This document shows positions 36,546 through 45,370 of a stretch of 64,000 nucleotides of DNA, one piece after another. Below the pieces are notes generated by a model. That model worked only from the letters and a program-made list of their open reading frames with translations. It did not search any database and was not told the origin of the DNA. Both the position numbers and the translations under genes were made by a program. The DNA comes from Candidatus Aenigmatarchaeota archaeon (GTDB lineage: Archaea; Aenigmatarchaeota; Aenigmatarchaeia; CG10238-14; SCSR01): NCBI GenBank assembly GCA_038998335.1, contig JAVZHQ010000002.1, positions 32,001 to 96,000 of the forward strand, written 5' to 3'. Positions within the stretch are counted from its first letter, which is position 1. Every line of letters begins with the position of its first letter.

Positions 36546-38195
36546 TTATACTTCTTCTTCACTGGGCGTTGGTGTTGAAGGTGCAGCTTTCTCAAGCTTG
36601 CTTGCTGCTATAACATCATCTATTCTCAATATCATCTCTGCAGCTTCTGCAGCTGATTTTATAGCTTGTAGCTTTACTTTTAATGGTTCTATAACTTCCA
36701 TCTCTTCCGCATCCCTTACCTTTCCGTTGAAAATATCTAGGCCATAATAAGTTTTTCCTTGCTCGTGAGCTGCTCTTAGCTCGACAAGCATGTCTATCGG
36801 ATCCAAACCTGCATTTTCTGCTAAGCTTCTTGGTATAACTTCCATAGCATCTGCAAAAGCAAGTATTGCTAATTGCTCTCTACCAGAAAACTTTTCTGCA
36901 AACTTTCTTAACCTTCTTGCAATCTCTGCTTCTGGTGCTCCAGCCCCAGGGATCACTTTCCCTAGCTCAAGAGCAGAGGCTACTGCTCCTACTGCATCTT
37001 CCACACTTCTGTCAACCTCGTCAACAACATGCTCTGTACTTCCCCTTACTAGAATTGTTACTGCTTTTGGATCTTTGCATTCGCGAACAAAGGTCATGGC
37101 TTCTCCTGCAATTTTCTTTTCTTCAACAATCTTTGCAAAACCTAAATCTTCTGGAGTCAAGTCATCTAAGTTAGTGACAATTCTTCCTCCTGTAGCTTTT
37201 GCTAGAGCTTCCATGTCTGAGCGTTTAACTCTCCTGCAAGCTAAAATTCCTTCTTTCGCAAGATAATGTTGAGCTAAATCATCTATTCCTTTCTGGCAAA
37301 AAACAACGTTTGCTCCACTTGCAACTATTTTCTTTACCATATCTTTTAGCATTTTCTGCTCTTGCTCTAGAAAAGCTTGCATTTGCTCAGGAGAGGTTAT
37401 CCTAATCTCAGCATCAGTTTCTGTTTCCTTTATTTCTAGAGCACAATCTAGTAAAGCTATCTTAGCATTTTTAACTACTTTTGGCATTCCTGGATGAACT
37501 ACTTCTTTATCTATAACAATTCCTTTTATAAGTTCTGTATCTTCTGAAGAGCCTCCATGCTTCTTTTCTCTTTTTATATTTTCCCTGTTAACAACAATCT
37601 TTCCGTTTTGCACTTCTGCTACTGTTCTTACTGCTTCAACAACAAGCTCAGCTATTTTTGGTGAAGCTTTTTCCATCGATTTCCCAGACATTGCTGTGAT
37701 TGCAATTTTTTTCAAAATTTCTTTATCTTCGAGGGAAACGGGTTTTGCTATTTCTTCAAGAATCCTTAAGGCTTCGTCTTTAGCGATTCTAAAACCCTTT
37801 GTTATAACTGTTGGATGAATTTCTTGGTCTAAAAGCTCTTCTGCTTTTTTTAGAAGTTCGCCAGCAAGAACTACTGAAGTTGTTGTACCGTCGCCTACCT
37901 CTTCATTTTGCGTTTTTGCAACTTCTACCATCATCTTTGCTGAAGGATGCTCTATTTCCATTTCTTCAAGTATAGTTACTCCATCGTTTGTTATTACTAT
38001 ATCTCCAACAGAATCCACTAGCATCTTGTCCATTCCTTTTGGGCCTAATGTAGTTCTTACAGCATCTGCAACTGCCTTAGCTGCAGCTATATTATTTCTT
38101 TGAGCATCTCTTCCAACAGTCCTTAAAGTGCCTTCAGGCAATATCAAGACTGGTTGCCCACCCAACTGACCAATTAAAGCTTTTCCGTTAGTCAT
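36546..38195 (-). CDS. thsA: Thermosome (group II chaperonin) subunit
   Basis: [32 protein letters not shown]. Confidence 0.98.
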   Translation of the reverse strand: MTNGKALIGQLGGQPVLILPEGTLRTVGRDAQRNNIAAAKAVADAVRTTLGPKGMDKMLVDSVGDIVITNDGVTILEEMEIEHPSAKMMVEVAKTQNEEVGDGTTTSVVLAGELLKKAEELLDQEIHPTVITKGFRIAKDEALRILEEIAKPVSLEDKEILKKIAITAMSGKSMEKASPKIAELVVEAVRTVAEVQNGKIVVNRENIKREKKHGGSSEDTELIKGIVIDKEVVHPGMPKVVKNAKIALLDCALEIKETETDAEIRITSPEQMQAFLEQEQKMLKDMVKKIVASGANVVFCQKGIDDLAQHYLAKEGILACRRVKRSDMEALAKATGGRIVTNLDDLTPEDLGFAKIVEEKKIAGEAMTFVRECKDPKAVTILVRGSTEHVVDEVDRSVEDAVGAVASALELGKVIPGAGAPEAEIARRLRKFAEKFSGREQLAILAFADAMEVIPRSLAENAGLDPIDMLVELRAAHEQGKTYYGLDIFNGKVRDAEEMEVIEPLKVKLQAIKSAAEAAEMILRIDDVIAASKLEKAAPSTPTPSEEEV

Positions 38196-38257
38196 ATCAT
38201 CCCTCCTATTGAATCAGAAATCTTAAATGTGTATGTGGGTATACAAGTATTTAAGCT

Positions 38258-39169
38258 TTACTCTACCTTTTCTTCCATTAATTTTTCTAATTCTTTTACA
38301 CTCTCTATTTCAGGAATTTCTGATTCTAAGATTATTGGCACTTCTTCCACAGATTTTTTTTCACATTTTTTCGCAACAAAAGCACATCTTGAAGAAAAAA
38401 GAAAAGACATTCTTTTAATAGAGATAGCATCTTTCTCTATTTTTTTTGTATTTTTAGAAAGGCTTACTATCATTGAAAATTTTTCTCTTCCAACAATCTC
38501 AAAAGGAGCAGAATAAGTTGGGCTGTTAGTTAAACCTATTCTTGAAAACTCTTTAGAAACTTTTTCTTGAAATTCATTTTTTGGCTTAAGATAGGCTGGT
38601 TCGCAAGCTTTAAGCTTGAAAGGAGATTTTAAATCAACTTTAAGAACTCTTTCCAAACTTCTTACAGTCTCTAAGGAAGGGTTAACTTTTTTGTTCTCTA
38701 TTTCATATAAAGCCTTTTTTGTTACTCCAACTAACTTTGAAAGTTCTTCAAGAGTAAAACCTAATTCTTTCCTTCTGCTTTTCAAAATTTCAGCATCTAT
38801 CGGAACTACGTGCTTTCCTTTTGTAGCTTCTATTTCTGGAACTTCTTCTTCTAGAAATTTTTCAAAAAAATAAGGGGTAATGACCGGTAAGTTAAACCTT
38901 GAATAGATTATTTCTTTTTTCAAGAATTCTCTGTTTGTTTTTAATGAAATTACTAAAGGGTAAGCAGAGAGAAAGTATGAAATTGTTTTTAAGCTTAAGG
39001 CTTGCTCTTTTGTTAGACCATCTATATTGATTAAAGCTTTTATTAGAAGTAAAAACTCTTTTTTTGCTGCTATGTCAAAAGCTCCCTCACTAACCAAAAC
39101 TTGAAATCTACGAGAAAGCAAAGAATTAACTATTTTTTCAATCAAAAAAGATTTATTAAACATTTGCAT
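38258..39169 (-). CDS. COG1395-type archaeal HTH (XRE/cro) transcriptional regulator
   Basis: FDIAAKK...LLIKALINID N-terminal domain, central XRE HTH (LEELSKLVGVTKKALYEIE), SAPFEIV. Confidence 0.85.
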   Translation of the reverse strand: MQMFNKSFLIEKIVNSLLSRRFQVLVSEGAFDIAAKKEFLLLIKALINIDGLTKEQALSLKTISYFLSAYPLVISLKTNREFLKKEIIYSRFNLPVITPYFFEKFLEEEVPEIEATKGKHVVPIDAEILKSRRKELGFTLEELSKLVGVTKKALYEIENKKVNPSLETVRSLERVLKVDLKSPFKLKACEPAYLKPKNEFQEKVSKEFSRIGLTNSPTYSAPFEIVGREKFSMIVSLSKNTKKIEKDAISIKRMSFLFSSRCAFVAKKCEKKSVEEVPIILESEIPEIESVKELEKLMEEKVE

Positions 39170-39222
39170 CCAAATAATTATTGATAAAGAAAAGGTTAAT
39201 AAATGTGCATGTAAGTATACAA

Positions 39223-39316
39223 GGGCCTATAGCTCAGCCTGGTTAGAGCAATCGCCTTATATGGCTCGCTTTCGTGAGAAAGCGATAGGTCGAGGGTTCA
39301 AATCCCTCTAGGCCCA
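39223..39316 (+). tRNA. tRNA-Ile(TAT) with 19-nt canonical intron at 37/38 (39262..39280)
   Basis: GGGCCTA/TAGGCCC acceptor, GCTC/GAGC D stem, ATCGC-CT-TAT-A^A-GCGAT anticodon arm, central splice helix CTTA/TGAG, T arm GAGGG-TTCAAAT-CCCTC. Confidence 0.85.
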
Positions 39317-39356
39317 TAAATTAACCTATAAATCTCTTTTCCTTAGTAATTTAATT

Positions 39357-39608
39357 ATGGTAAAAATAAAAATGAATTGGTCTGGAGTTTTATATGGTGG
39401 TTTCGGATGTGAACTTGCTTTGTGCGGTGCGATTGCTGCTTCTTCGTCAAATGACATCTTATGTAAAATAGCTGGCATTACTCTTGTTGTTTCAGGTTCC
39501 ATGATTGCGTATGCTGGTTTTGTTGAAGACACTATGTATGAAAAGTATAAACTACATGAAGCACTTTATAAAGGCTTAAAAAATTTATATAAAAAGTTGA
39601 TAAGATAA
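39357..39608 (+). CDS. Small membrane protein
   Basis: 83 aa with two hydrophobic segments. Confidence 0.5.
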   Translation: MVKIKMNWSGVLYGGFGCELALCGAIAASSSNDILCKIAGITLVVSGSMIAYAGFVEDTMYEKYKLHEALYKGLKNLYKKLIR

Positions 39609-39643
39609 CAGTGTAACTATTTTTACTTCTCTTATATTTTCTT

Positions 39644-40633
39644 TCAGACTACAATGCTCATAAATCCTTCTGCTATTAGAAAGTAAATTGCTAAAGTTAA
39701 TATATCGCTTAGCAAGGTTGCTAAAGGTCCGGTTGCTATTGCCGGGTCTTTCCCAATTTTTTTGAAGAAAAGGGGTAAAAGACTTGAAACCAAAACTCCA
39801 GCAAACATCCCAACAAATAATGCTGTTCCAACTATACAGCTTAATAAAAAATTTCTCCACCCTACTAAAGCGATTAAAGCAAGTGTTAGAGAACAAACAG
39901 AAGAAAGAGCAAGAGTAACTTTAAGCTCTCTTATCATGTAAGACTTAACAGAAAACTTTGGGTCTAAAGCTATACTCCTTACTATCAAAGTTTCTGATTG
40001 GGTTCCTATGGAATCTGTTATGTAAACCATAACTGGAATGAAAGAAGCCAAAGCAAGGAAAACGCTTAAAACACTCTCAAAAAAAGTTACTATTGAAGCT
40101 GCTATAATTCCGCCAAAAATTCCTACTAAAAGCCATGGAAGCCTTGATTTAACCATGTGCTTAGCAGGAGATTTTATTGTTGTATATTCCTTCCCTACTT
40201 TGTGAAACAAACCGCCAAACTTAAAAATATCTTCTCTTACTTCCTGATTAAAAATTGTTAGAATTGTATCATAAGGAACTACTCCAAGCAAATGATTTTT
40301 CTCGTCTACTACAGGAACTGCTTTTATTCCTTTTGAAAGAGCAAGATAAACTATCCTTTCCTGATGAGTTCTTGGATGAACAAAAACCAAATCTTTTTTC
40401 ATGATGTCTTTAGCTTTCAGTCTTTTATTTTTAGCTTTCATAAGTTCTTTAATGGAAAAAACTCCACAGAGGACTTTTTCTTTATCTACAACGTATATAT
40501 AATCCAAAACCTCAAATTTTTCTGCATCCTTAGTTAAAATTTTCTTAACCTCTTCTAAAGAAGAATCAACGCTAACTATAGGAACTTCTTTTATCATTAA
40601 AGATTCTGCAGTTTTTAAACTTTTTTGCTCCAT
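39644..40633 (-). CDS. mgtE: MgtE-family magnesium transporter (CBS pair plus TM domain, no N domain)
   Basis: Tandem CBS domains, SRLPWL, GTQSET, DPAIATGP...SD. Start placed at ATG 40633. Confidence 0.9.
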   Translation of the reverse strand: MEQKSLKTAESLMIKEVPIVSVDSSLEEVKKILTKDAEKFEVLDYIYVVDKEKVLCGVFSIKELMKAKNKRLKAKDIMKKDLVFVHPRTHQERIVYLALSKGIKAVPVVDEKNHLLGVVPYDTILTIFNQEVREDIFKFGGLFHKVGKEYTTIKSPAKHMVKSRLPWLLVGIFGGIIAASIVTFFESVLSVFLALASFIPVMVYITDSIGTQSETLIVRSIALDPKFSVKSYMIRELKVTLALSSVCSLTLALIALVGWRNFLLSCIVGTALFVGMFAGVLVSSLLPLFFKKIGKDPAIATGPLATLLSDILTLAIYFLIAEGFMSIVV

Positions 40634-40713
40634 TAAACTCTTCAAAAATAATTTCTTCAATCTTACTTAAAAACTTGCTTAAATTAATAAAAGCAAAAGA
40701 ATAAAAAGAGAGT

Positions 40714-41088
40714 ATGGAAATAAAAGAAGCTTTTGGAAAAGTTGTTAACCTTTCTCACAAGAGTTTGGAAAAAGCGCTTGAGGTTTTAGAGTTAACCAAA
40801 GATAAACTTGAGAAAAACATAAAAAATAAGAAATTCCTAATTCCTCATAAAAACTTTGACTTAATAATCGATTACAAACCAAACTCAAAACAAATCGTTC
40901 TTTATTTAACTCCAAAAAAATGGAGTAAAAAGTTGTTAAAAAGCTTAAAAGAAGGGAACGAATTTAAGTCTATGGTTGTTCTTTTAGGAAATACAAAAAT
41001 TCTTAAAAGTGATTTTGACATAAGAATAGGTGCTTTTGGTATTCCTAGCTCTGAACTCGTAAGAGCAGTGATTCAGCATAAATCATAA
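40714..41088 (+). CDS. Hypothetical protein
   Basis: 124 aa ORF filling the gap; no recognisable motif. Confidence 0.55.
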   Translation: MEIKEAFGKVVNLSHKSLEKALEVLELTKDKLEKNIKNKKFLIPHKNFDLIIDYKPNSKQIVLYLTPKKWSKKLLKSLKEGNEFKSMVVLLGNTKILKSDFDIRIGAFGIPSSELVRAVIQHKS

Positions 41089-41595
41089 AGATTTTTCTAT
41101 TAGCTCTAAAATTGTTTTAGGCAGCAAATCTCTATTTTTCTCTGTAACTTCTATAATTTCACCAAAATCTTTAAATTTCCCAACAAAATTTCTATGCAAT
41201 ACTGCAACTAAAGGTTTTTCTGAAAGAAGAACTTGCGTGAGTTTTTCTCTAAACTTTTGACTGAAAAATTCCATCTTCCCTATTTCGTCTATTGCTATTA
41301 TATCACATTCTTTAAGTGCAAAATCAACTGCTTTTAAAGCGATTCTCTCGAATTCTTCTAAGTTTATCCCATAACTTCCAAGCATCGGACCAATTTTTAT
41401 GTCTTTGCTTGCTAGAATTCCAACTTCATTAGAGTAAATATCTTTGACGCAAAAGCCAACTCTTCTTCCCCCTTCCCTTATTTCAGGAGTAATGAAACCA
41501 CCAACTCTTCTTCCTTTTTCTTTAAGTGCAGATACAACTTTCTCTAAAACAGCTGACTTTCCACTTCCAGATTTTCCTGTTAGAAAAATTTTCAT
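41083..41595 (-). CDS. Nucleoside-triphosphatase (THEP1/NTPase 1 family)
   Basis: GKSGSGKS, GGFITPEIREGGRRVGF, IDEIGKME. Confidence 0.93.
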   Translation of the reverse strand: MKIFLTGKSGSGKSAVLEKVVSALKEKGRRVGGFITPEIREGGRRVGFCVKDIYSNEVGILASKDIKIGPMLGSYGINLEEFERIALKAVDFALKECDIIAIDEIGKMEFFSQKFREKLTQVLLSEKPLVAVLHRNFVGKFKDFGEIIEVTEKNRDLLPKTILELIEKSL

Positions 41596-41651
41596 AATTA
41601 TTTTCTAATAGGTTGATTATTTTAAATATTTCACAGAACTAACAATAGGAT

Positions 41652-42236
41652 ATGATTAAAAAAATGTTCTTAGTTATTTTCCTACTAATTTTTTTATTGT
41701 TAGCTTTAAACTATTCTAACACAGGCCTTGCTTTTTATAGTCAAAGTTTTAGTTTAAGCTTATTCTTGGGATTTTTCTTTTCTGTTGTTTTATTGTTTTT
41801 AATTTTCAGAAGAAGGGAAAGAAAAATTCTTGAAAAAACTGGCATAAAGGAGCAAGTTGAAAAAAATGAAATAGTTCAAAAGTATAGCTTAACAAGCTAT
41901 GTTGAAAAATTAAGAAAAAGTATAGACTACGTTAGCAAAATTTACAATAACATGAAGGATAGACTTAATTCACTTGGGTATTTGGAATCCGAAGAGACGA
42001 AACATTTAGAAGAAAAGAGCAAGATTGTTGAAGAAATTCTGGATAGCTTGTACGATGCTTTAGAAAACCTCAAAAAAGGAAAAGAATACAACTCTGTTAG
42101 TAGTGTAGAATATGCTCTAGGTATAGCACAAGATTTAGCTTATTCTGATTTGACCGAAAACCTTCAAGCTCTTGCTACAAAAATGAGGGAAGCTTATACT
42201 TTGAAAAGTATCAAATTAAGAGAGCTTAAAAAATAG
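41652..42236 (+). CDS. 2-TM membrane protein with helical tail (paralog of 42277..42906)
   Basis: Shares ERKxxEKxGI, LxxYxExLR and YSDxxExL...KM...Y with the next gene. Confidence 0.65.
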   Translation: MIKKMFLVIFLLIFLLLALNYSNTGLAFYSQSFSLSLFLGFFFSVVLLFLIFRRRERKILEKTGIKEQVEKNEIVQKYSLTSYVEKLRKSIDYVSKIYNNMKDRLNSLGYLESEETKHLEEKSKIVEEILDSLYDALENLKKGKEYNSVSSVEYALGIAQDLAYSDLTENLQALATKMREAYTLKSIKLRELKK

Positions 42237-42276
42237 CAACTTGAATTTAAATATTTAGAGCAAACAATTTTAAATT

Positions 42277-42906
42277 ATGCTCAAGAAATTTTTGGTAATT
42301 TTTGGAATATTTCTTTTTTCTTTTATTTCTTACTTGTTCTTAAGTAGTCCTACAGCTATGAGTGTTTCACAAACAAACCCAAACTTTTGGTTTCCTCTCA
42401 GCATTTCTATAACTTTTTTAATTGTTCTTTTGCTTCTTTTAAACATAGACGAAAGAAAACTAGCAGAAAAAGTAGGAATTCTGAAAAAAATAGAGGAGCA
42501 GGAAGCTATAGAAAGAGTAAGAGAGGTTAGAAAACAGTTTGGTCTTGAGAAATATTACGAAGAACTTAGAAGAGCTAGGGAGAAGGCTGAATCAATTTAT
42601 CATAATATAAAGAAAGAGTTTGAAAAAAATGAAATTAGTGGTTTAAAAGGTGATGAAGTTAAATTATTCTACGCAAAATCCATGGTTGACGAGCTTTATG
42701 GAGCTATGCACTATTTAAAACTTAAAAAACCGAACAAAGTAATAAGATACTTGGAAGATGCTAGAAGAGCTTGTGAAGAGTTAGGCTATTCTGACTTTGC
42801 TGAAGAACTCTGGCTTTTGCAAGGAAAGATGGAAGTAACTTATAATCAACAGAAAAAAATGCTAAAAGATATTCAAGAAAAAATGTGGAAACCCTTTAAT
42901 GAATAA
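42277..42906 (+). CDS. 2-TM membrane protein with helical tail (paralog of 41652..42236)
   Basis: Same architecture and motifs as the preceding gene. Confidence 0.65.
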   Translation: MLKKFLVIFGIFLFSFISYLFLSSPTAMSVSQTNPNFWFPLSISITFLIVLLLLLNIDERKLAEKVGILKKIEEQEAIERVREVRKQFGLEKYYEELRRAREKAESIYHNIKKEFEKNEISGLKGDEVKLFYAKSMVDELYGAMHYLKLKKPNKVIRYLEDARRACEELGYSDFAEELWLLQGKMEVTYNQQKKMLKDIQEKMWKPFNE

Positions 42907-43031
42907 TAGCGGGGGCACGATTTGAACGTGCGACCTTTACCCCAGACTTAAGTCTGTCCGGGTGTCACAAGAGCAGCCTTATGAGCCATTCGCAAAACTT
43001 CGGCGAGCACTCCAGGCTGCTCTACCCCGCT
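42907..43031 (-). tRNA. Initiator tRNA-Met(CAT) with three introns: 29/30 (42988..43000), 38/39 or 37/38 (42963..42978), 43/44 (42937..42957)
   Basis: Removing 13, 16 and 21 nt gives AGCGGGGTAGAGCAGCCTGGAGTGCTCGCCGGGCTCATAACCCGGAGGTCGCACGTTCAAATCGTGCCCCCGCTA (75 nt), with A1-U72 and three G-C anticodon-stem pairs. 4-bp central helices TCGC/GCGA, TCAT/GTGA and ACCC/GGGT with 3-nt bulges. Confidence 0.9.
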
Positions 43032-43161
43032 TTTACAACTTATATTAAATTTGATAGAAACATAATTTAAATACTTTTACCAATAGAGTGGTAATTTTTG
43101 CTTTATTTTTAACTTTGAAAGTTGTAAACCTAATTATTTACCCAAAAAACACTTTTTCATC

Positions 43162-43476
43162 ATGTACCAAGAAAAAGGTGTTCTGAAAAGAGTGAAGGAC
43201 TACATAAAAAGTTATTTTACTTTACCTTCTTTACTTGGTGGTGCTACGGGAACTGCCATAGGTTATTGGGGATCTTTAACCGCAATCTCTCTTTACGATA
43301 TAATAACAAATAAATTACCGCAAGCGATCCAAACAGGCAATTTAAACGTTTTTCTTTATTCAAGTTATTGGGAACCGGCAGGAAAGATTGCTTTTGTTAG
43401 TGGAATCGCAGGCTTAATTCTAGCAAGAAGAGTAGAAAGGTCAACAATTTCTTTTCTCAAAAAAATCTTAAGGTGA
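43162..43476 (+). CDS. Small membrane protein
   Basis: 104 aa with Gly-rich hydrophobic helices; upstream of the TrmB gene. Confidence 0.55.
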   Translation: MYQEKGVLKRVKDYIKSYFTLPSLLGGATGTAIGYWGSLTAISLYDIITNKLPQAIQTGNLNVFLYSSYWEPAGKIAFVSGIAGLILARRVERSTISFLKKILR

Positions 43477-43480
43477 TTAA

Positions 43481-44299
43481 ATGCTTCCGCTCTTTAACGA
43501 GCTAGAAGAAAAAACAATAAAAAAAGAGGAGCTTTTGGAAATTTTCAAAGAATTTGGACTAAGTGAATATGAAACAAAGGTTTATTCCGCTTTACTATTT
43601 CTTGGTTCCTCAAAAGTTGGGAAAATAAGCAAAGTGTCGAAAGTACCACAATCAAAAATTTATGGCGTGCTAGAAGAGCTTACTCAAAAGGAGTTAGTTG
43701 AGATTTTTGACGGTAGACCAAAGGAGTTCAAAGCAGTACCACCAAAAATAGCTTTTAAGAACCTTTTAGAGAGGAAGGAAGAAGAAGTTAAAATTCTTAA
43801 GAGTAGGATAGAGTTTTTGATAAAAGCTTTTAAACCTTTTGAAGTTAACGAAGAATTTGGTCAAGGAATTTGGGTACAAAAAAACGAAAAGAGTTGGGAA
43901 GTTCTAAACAGATTTTCTAGCATGTTAGAAAATTGCAAGAACTATGCTTTTGACATAACAAAAGATTTTTCCTTAACCTCTTCTTTTAGAGATTCTTTAA
44001 GAAAATGTGCAAGAAACGGCGCAAAGCTTATGGCAATAAGCACAACAAAAATTACCAGAGAAAATTTTCCCAAGGTTAAGTGGTTTTGTGATAATGGCTT
44101 AAAAATAAAAATTTTTGAAACCGAAAATCATCCAAGAGTCTTGGTAATAGATGGAAAAGAAGTTGGGGTAAAGCTCGAAAGCGATTCAAAAAAATTTTAC
44201 TTCCAATTCCTTTGGTCAAAAAATAAGTCTTTAGTTAGAATTTTTGACAATTATGCAAAAACTTTATGGAGAATTGCAAAGCCTTTAAGAGTTACATAA
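43481..44299 (+). CDS. TrmB family transcriptional regulator
   Basis: FGLSEYETKVY...SKVPQSKIYGVLEEL wHTH; C-terminal domain with VIDGKE. Confidence 0.9.
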   Translation: MLPLFNELEEKTIKKEELLEIFKEFGLSEYETKVYSALLFLGSSKVGKISKVSKVPQSKIYGVLEELTQKELVEIFDGRPKEFKAVPPKIAFKNLLERKEEEVKILKSRIEFLIKAFKPFEVNEEFGQGIWVQKNEKSWEVLNRFSSMLENCKNYAFDITKDFSLTSSFRDSLRKCARNGAKLMAISTTKITRENFPKVKWFCDNGLKIKIFETENHPRVLVIDGKEVGVKLESDSKKFYFQFLWSKNKSLVRIFDNYAKTLWRIAKPLRVT

Positions 44300-45370
44300 T
44301 AACTTGGAGATTGAAATCATTCTAGTTTTTCCTTTCATCCCTTTTTTTACTTCTTTTACTTTTATTAACTTAACTTGGTTAAGATGATTTATCAAATCTC
44401 TAAAGGCTCTATCACTTATCGGCCTTTCAACTCTCTTGCAATATTCTTCGTACAATTCACCTGAAGTCAAGCTTTTTCTCTCCTTCAATATTTCAAGAAT
44501 AATTTTCTCATTTCCGCTTACGCTTTCTTCCAAGATTTTTGGTTTTGCAGGCTTAATCTCAGGCAGAACTTCCTTAACATGCGAAACTTTAAGTTTGTTA
44601 GAATTTTCACTTTCTGCCAACCTACCTGCTTTTAACAAGCATTCTAACCCAACTCTCACATCACTTCCTTTTTGAACTGCAAAATTTGCTACCAGAATGG
44701 CTACCCCTTCTTCCACAGAATGAAAAGCATTCTTAATTCTTTCCTCAAGAATATCTTTCATCTCTTGCAAGCTGTACGGCTTAAATTCGATTTCCTCTAT
44801 TCTCAGGCTACTTTTTATTCTTGGGTCAAGCTTAACAAAAACATCTTTAAAGTTTGAAATAAAAACAAGACAAACTGGGTTTTTTAAGTACTGATTTATT
44901 CTTAACAAATCGTAAAGAACTTCTTCACTTTTGAAGATTAGTTGGTCGACCTCATCTAAACAAACTACTAAACCTTTTTTCGTCTTCCCTAAAAATTCAA
45001 TTAACCTTTCGAGAACTTCATCTTTGCTTATCCCTCTTCTTGGAACAAATATTTCCAACTCGTTTGCTATTTTTGTGAGAATAGAAAGAGCAGTATTATA
45101 GCTCCAACAATTTATGTAAATTGTTTTCACACTTTCGCTAAACTCTTCAAACTCCCGAAAAACAAATTTAACAACATGAGTTTTTCCTATTCCTGGTGGA
45201 CCAAAAATGAAGGTGTTTTGTCCTGCTAAGCCTTTTGCTACTGGCATTAAATTTCTTGCTATTTGTTTTATCTTATCTTCTCGATGAGGCAAAAACTCTG
45301 GTAAGTAATCTGGAGATAAAACTTCCTCATTTTTAAAAATTTTTGATTCAATTTCTGAAAAAGTATTCAT
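44285..45370 (-). CDS. cdc6: Orc1/Cdc6 replication initiator-like AAA+ protein
   Basis: LSPDYLPEFLPHRE, GPPGIGKT, YINC, LDEVD, LDPRIKSSL, C-terminal wHTH. Confidence 0.92.
   Translation of the reverse strand: MNTFSEIESKIFKNEEVLSPDYLPEFLPHREDKIKQIARNLMPVAKGLAGQNTFIFGPPGIGKTHVVKFVFREFEEFSESVKTIYINCWSYNTALSILTKIANELEIFVPRRGISKDEVLERLIEFLGKTKKGLVVCLDEVDQLIFKSEEVLYDLLRINQYLKNPVCLVFISNFKDVFVKLDPRIKSSLRIEEIEFKPYSLQEMKDILEERIKNAFHSVEEGVAILVANFAVQKGSDVRVGLECLLKAGRLAESENSNKLKVSHVKEVLPEIKPAKPKILEESVSGNEKIILEILKERKSLTSGELYEEYCKRVERPISDRAFRDLINHLNQVKLIKVKEVKKGMKGKTRMISISKLLCNS

Noticed and set aside
39251-39286. Alternative splicing of the Ile gene to an Arg(TCG) or other anticodon
   Set aside because: No alternative boundaries give a 7-nt anticodon loop with a feasible intron, and the D loop lacks A20.
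44285-45370. Replication origin next to orc1/cdc6
   Set aside because: The gene overlaps both neighbours, and I saw no repeated ORB-like motifs in nearby intergenic DNA.
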